64,000 nt of DNA from Penicillus capitatus (Eukaryota; Plantae; Chlorophyta): positions 682,001 to 746,000 of the forward strand of contig OZ287700.1 in assembly GCA_965649825.1 (NCBI GenBank). The letters run 5' to 3'. A program made the translations under genes and the position numbers. The notes below the pieces were generated by a model, which did not search any database, was not told the DNA's origin, and saw only the letters and a list, made by a program, of their open reading frames with translations. Shown in pieces: positions 58,832 through 64,000 of the stretch; position 1 is the stretch's first letter, and each line of letters starts with the position of its first letter.

Positions 58832-60393
58832 ATGCAGAGATTGAGACGATTGCTGTGTCTCTGGGGCAATGCCGAATACGGACGTCTTGGATTGGGCGAC
58901 GGCTCAGGGGGCAAAATGCTCCCGCACATCTGCGAAACCGTCAAAAACCCTGAGAGCGTCGCATGCGGCGCAGCACATACGGTTGTCCTGACCGGTGTGA
59001 TCCCTCTCCCCTAGACAGCTCGCCTCCTGCTAACGCCCTTTTTAGATTCTGGCGAGGTTTGGAGCTTCGGTCTCAATACAGACGGCCAATTGGGTCAGTC
59101 TTCGGCGAAAGAGGCTATCTGGGTCCGTCGTCCTTCAGCAGGAGTATTTGGAGCTGAGTGGAAATGCAGGTACCCGTTAGGGTCGAAATCCCGGAACCTG
59201 TCAAGAAGATCGCCGCCGGGCATTTACATACGCTCTGCCTGACAAGTCACACATTTCATCTCTTCTCACTCTTTTGCAGCCGTTCATTCTCTCAGGGTCC
59301 GGTGCTGTTTGGGCGTTTGGATCAAATACTTACGGCCAGTTGGGAATTGGACACAAGATCTTTCCCAAGACAACGCCCTCGCCAGTAAAACTCAAAGATT
59401 TTAAAGGTCTCGCTCCAACAACGAATATCACATCAAGCCGAGTCTCTTCAGGAGTGGACATTTGCTGTGGGGCTCTGCATTCCTTGGGCCTGAGCGCATC
59501 TGGAGATGTCTACTCGTGGGGATCGAATCAACAGGGACAGCTTGGGCATCCCAGCAGTCCGTTCACCCTTTGCCGTTTTATCCCAAAGTCTGTCTGTGTA
59601 GAACTGTTCGATTCTCCGAAGAGCTTCGAACCTCGACTCATTCGAGAACTCAGAGGAGTTACCGTCCAATGCCTCGCTGCAGGACATGTGTGCAGTGGAG
59701 TGGTGGATGAGGATGGCCGTATCTACACTTGGGGTTCAAATGCATTCTGGCAATTGGGCTATCCATCCATTAGCCATACCTTGACTCGGCCTTTCCAGGC
59801 ACGAAAAAATATCCCTTCCTCATCAGAGACAGTCTATGTAGATTTCAGGATTGGCCCATGGACATCACCTCATCATGGGAGGGCGTCATACGATGTGTGT
59901 CATGGAGAATGGATCTGTGTTCGTATGGGGTACCAATGAAAACGGATGTCTAGGACTGGGCCCCAAGGCAGAAGCATCGACACCGTCTATCACGTTGACA
60001 GATACTCTCACCGGCAAGGTCTCCATTAGCGAGGGCGCTCCCGGAGGAAACGCGCTCATCGAAACGGTCATTCCATCTCCGACCGTCCTGGAGGACACCA
60101 GATTGACGCAAGGCAGTCTGGGGTGGAAGCACAGCGGAGGGGTCACATCAGACGGCGTTCTGTGGATGTGGGGATGGGGTGGATCTGTTGGCGAGACGAC
60201 CTATTTCCTGGAGAATCATGAAGGGCCTGGCGGGCAGTTAGGCCACGGCACCGATTTCGATGCCTGGACACCGACGTGCATTTCACCCCCATCGCTCCCC
60301 CCGGAGACCATCGCGAAATTCCGTTGCGTTTCGTGTGGACTCAATCACACAGCGGCGGTGATCGATGTGCATGAAATTTCTTCTTCTTCTTAG
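58832..60393 (+). CDS. RCC1-repeat beta-propeller protein; multi-exon
   Basis: Repeated WG.N..G.LG.G and IAAGHLHTLCL / ICCGALHSLGL / VSCGLNHT motifs. Confidence 0.9.
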
Positions 60394-60495
60394 AATTGGA
60401 TTGATGACATCTGTCGTACAATACCAAAACTCATTGCAATGCATCTTAGACAGTTTGATTGATGATGTCTAGAACGATTAAATGAATTCCCAAGA

Positions 60496-63400
60496 TCATG
60501 GCGCATTGGCCGTTTTAGGTCGTAAAGCACTGATCACCTTTTTCGCGATTATTATAACACACAGGCTTCTGTTCTTCCACACGAGAAGTGCCCTACACAC
60601 AGATGCATTGAAGCCAAGCAGATAACGCCATGTGCTGATTACTGATTTGCTTATTGGACCGATGTAACCGAATGCAGCTGACGGTTCTTGGGCATTAGAC
60701 AGTTGTCCAAAATCGTCGTACAGTTCATTGAGCGTTGCTGTCAAGTACGACTGCCCTTTTAGATTCGAATGAAAGTAAGGTGAAGAGACGGATGAAGACT
60801 TTGCCGCTGTGAGCAGACGCGTGTACTCCGTTGACAGATCCAGTGACACCGACCACATCGCATTGTTCACGTGCCCACATGTCGGGGGACTGTTGCCCAA
60901 CGCTGTGCAGGAGTCTTCTGCAATGAGCAGCTGGCCATGGCCCGGAATATGCGAGAGATCTGTCGGCCCTGCTGGATGCTCCACGCTGCACGCATTGTCT
61001 CCGACATCGCCGTGCAGATCTGTTCCGCAACGGAATTTCTCCATCGAGAAGGCTTCGTACGAAGTCGTCACGGACAGCGTGTAGATGCATCCACAAGACA
61101 GTGTTGGGAACTTGAGGTCATTTGAACTGCCATCAATGTCATCCTATGCACAGCAGCGTTGTGATTATGGATAGGGAGGCATCAGGATCGTCGACCTGCA
61201 GCATGATTCTGTCTCTGGAGGAAACGGATGTGAAGGACAAGTAGATCTTTGCTGAGAATTCATCAAAAGTGATCCCTTTGGTATTGGCCAGTTCAATGGT
61301 GGCCCCTTTCAGCGCAGCATAGCGTCGCGTTTCGAAGAAGGCTGCCCACTTCTCCATTCCTGGCTTCACGCGCAGGCACATGATCTCGGATTTGACGTTG
61401 ATCTGCGTCAATCTACAGTTCTTGGCGCTTGGAATGTAATCGAACATCTCTGTGAACTTCATGTCTCTGCCAATAGTCTGAAGCTCTTTGTTGGTGGCTG
61501 AGCCTAGCTTGATCCATTCGACCTTGAATTGCTCGGAGCTTCCCGACGAGGATTTGATCTTTGCAGCATAGAGCGTTCCGGCAGACAGGTCATGTTTTAC
61601 GGAAGCCACAAATCGGAAGAGACCGCCACCGACAGCTCGGCCATTAGTGTAGTCCGTCATGTACACGGTCTTGCCATCTGGCATGACGGTAATACCGCCG
61701 TGCGAGAAGCGTCCCAGCGTATAGAACTTCTCAGGGCGCACACATCCATTCTTGTTGACGCGGATCTCGTATGCGTAGCCAAAGTTGTAGGGATTGAATT
61801 TCTTCCCGATCTCATCGAATTTGTTTTTCAGATCCTTGATGTAGATGCCTTGGTAACGCAGAAACTTGATGGAAGCGTCAAAGGACTGCTCAGCCTGCGA
61901 TTTGAAACAACTTGAGAAGCCGGTGATGCATTGGTAGCCGAGGAAGTCCAGAGCATCCGGTTCATGAATCTCTCCCGAAAGGTGCGTTGTCCACGGAGAC
62001 ACCGTTCCGCCGCCAGATGTCCAGAGCCCACCAAGAGCCGTCCAGTCGACGATGGAGGCCGAATCTGCCTCGAGTTTGTTTTTCTTTTCGTCAAGTGGGA
62101 TCACGTACGTCATGGCTGGCAGCGAATTGGTGGAAGTGATGGCGTAGAGTTGGCCACAGCTGTCGATAAAAGATGAAAAGCCGAGTGCGTGTGAAATCTC
62201 GTTGTCCTCCGTTCTGCGAGGCTCCACTGGAGCAACAGCATACCTAAGGCAGACAGACGACGATCGAGAAACGCTCCATTGGTTTCTGGGTCGGCTTACT
62301 GATCGACGGGTTTGTTGTTGGCATCAAGGACTTCGCCAATGAGCACCGGCCCTCTCTGTCCTCTCAATCGCATGCCTGTTCGGATAATGGGCGTGAATCC
62401 TTCGAACGTCGATGTCTCTCCAGATGTCACTCTGTTGAACCCAATGGGCAGATTCTTCGGTCCGACGTCGTAGGGGACGGCAACATCCGAAAACGCCATA
62501 GCCTTCTTGTACTCCAGTTCAAACGATCCAAAGTAAGACATCCATCCAAGCAGGTCGTAAGGATCCCGAATGGTGAGGCCGATGTAATTGTTGCCTCCAA
62601 TGACATCCTGATACCAGTTCAGCGAAGTGATACGGCCCCGTCGCGAGGCATGGAAGATTCGAACGTGACGTTTTGTCTCGACATCGATCGCCCAGACGAA
62701 GTTGTTTTGATGGTATGGCGAATCTTCTCCCACCAAGATCTGATCGAACTGATGGGCATAGGACAGAGCACGTGGATTGGCGATGTTCTCTGTGCTGCAT
62801 TGCAGACCTTTGCCGTCTTCGGCATCGATTTGGTCACCGCAGGAGACGGCCTCCATGCTGACGGCGTTGTAGTCCTTGTCCATGACGACCTTGAACACGC
62901 AGCCGCAGACGTTCTTCTCGATGAATGTTGTGCCTTTGCCCTTGCTCATGCCGATATTGCCGGATGTGATATCGACCACGCCGATGTAGAAGGAGTCGGC
63001 GTCCAAACGGGTAGCGATCTGCGAGAAACGGAAGATATCCATGGTGGCTCCTTTCAGAGCACCTGTCCGTTCCGGCTCCAAGAGACCAGCCAGATCTGCA
63101 TTCTTAATCTGCAAACATTCTATGCGTTCGCCGACCTTGGCCTCCTTATACCCTTTGGGACAGGATCCACCGATGGCGTCCTTTGCTGACAGCAGATCCG
63201 AGAATTTCGTGGTGCTTGTGTGATCCACATAAGGTGTCAATGTGGCGGCATCTCCAACGCCCAGTTGAACCCATTCGATGTCGAATATGGTACCCGGTTC
63301 GACTTTGGCACTGGGACCTGTGCTTTTGCGAAGGGTAATGACGGCAGCGGACAGCTCTCCACTCTTGAAGCCGCCAATCTCGTCAATGAAACGGAACAGT

Positions 63401-64000
63401 CCTCCTTTGCCACCCGCCATGTACACCGTAAAACCGTTCTGCATCACACCGATGCCGTTGGCGCCTGTCCGACCCATAGCATAGAGCTTCTGAATATCAT
63501 CAAGGACGCGATCACGGTCATTCAAATGCAGCTGAAGCTCGTAGGGGTAGCCATAACGATAAGGCCTGGAACACCACCCACATCACACATGTCTCAGCCT
63601 AAGAATCCTCCGACATACTTGAAACCAGGAATGCCCTTTTCTGCACTCTGCTTCAACTTGCCCTCTTTCTTCAGATCCGCTGGAGAACGGTCGAAGTAAC
63701 GCATGAAGTCGAGGATATCGGAGAAGAGGTCGGCGTCCTTGTTCACAACACAGTTAAAGCTTTTTGGATCTTCAAGGCATTTCGATTCGTCCAGAATCTT
63801 GCCTGCCATGCATCATCATTCATACATGGCAGGGGACGTCATGAAATCACATTACCGTCTGGTGGCGAGCCCTCGACTCCCAAAAGCGTATTCGTCGGCG
63901 TCTGAATCGCCACACGTGGTTTCCAGAGTCCACCCATTGGCGCAAGATTAATCGGAACATTGAGCTTGGTTGAAATCTGAGTATCATTCACCAATCGGAG
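60496..64000 (-). CDS. PhoX/DUF839-like protein with two tandem propeller domains; 5' end lies outside the window
   Basis: Two copies of Y.(M/L)GR..G..VM..G.TVYM..GGLFRF..LS(A)G.L.AA..(I/V)EW..LG; also SPWTTHL..EPDA, AAFFETRRYAALKGAT, NP.AL and GED/AED motifs. Confidence 0.75.

Noticed and set aside
1-64000. Alternative genetic code (TAA/TAG read as Gln), as in some ulvophytes
   Set aside because: Conserved genes end at TAG or TAA (GPN1, JMJD7, NAGLU), and in-frame stops in host genes fall inside introns.
1-64000. tRNA, rRNA, CRISPR and telomeric repeats
   Set aside because: None recognised by eye; tRNAscan-SE or Infernal would be needed to exclude small RNAs.

Overview
This is gene-dense eukaryotic nuclear DNA with short (about 45-60 bp) GT-AG introns and the standard genetic code: TAA, TAG and TGA all end recognisable genes. 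Plastid-type genes (XPT-like translocator, GatB with a transit-like N-terminus), a flagellar gene (CFAP43-like) and TGTAA motifs after some stops point to a chlorophyte green alga; a siphonous, Bryopsidales-like alga is a guess only. The flanks (1-24.8 kb and 41.2-64 kb) hold about 23 tightly packed genes, mostly housekeeping. Between them is a ~16 kb gene-poor island containing an intact, very young Ty3/Gypsy LTR retrotransposon (33547-38443; identical 218-bp LTRs, ACAG target-site duplication), a two-block minisatellite, an AT-rich motif cluster, an orphan Pro-rich gene and a duplicated hairpin-bearing unit. The strongest leads are: (1) the retrotransposon appears to use a retrovirus-like -1 frameshift (A_AAA_AAC plus an H-type pseudoknot) placed after the protease, followed by a dUTPase-like relic; (2) two tandem, intronless, secreted paralogs look like beta-trefoil plus aerolysin-type pore-forming proteins; (3) a doubled PhoX-like protein has apparently lost its metal ligands; (4) NAGLU and an RCC1-repeat gene lie 19 bp apart on the same strand. 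All protein family calls come from motif recognition by eye, not database searches, and outer coordinates of multi-exon genes are approximate.
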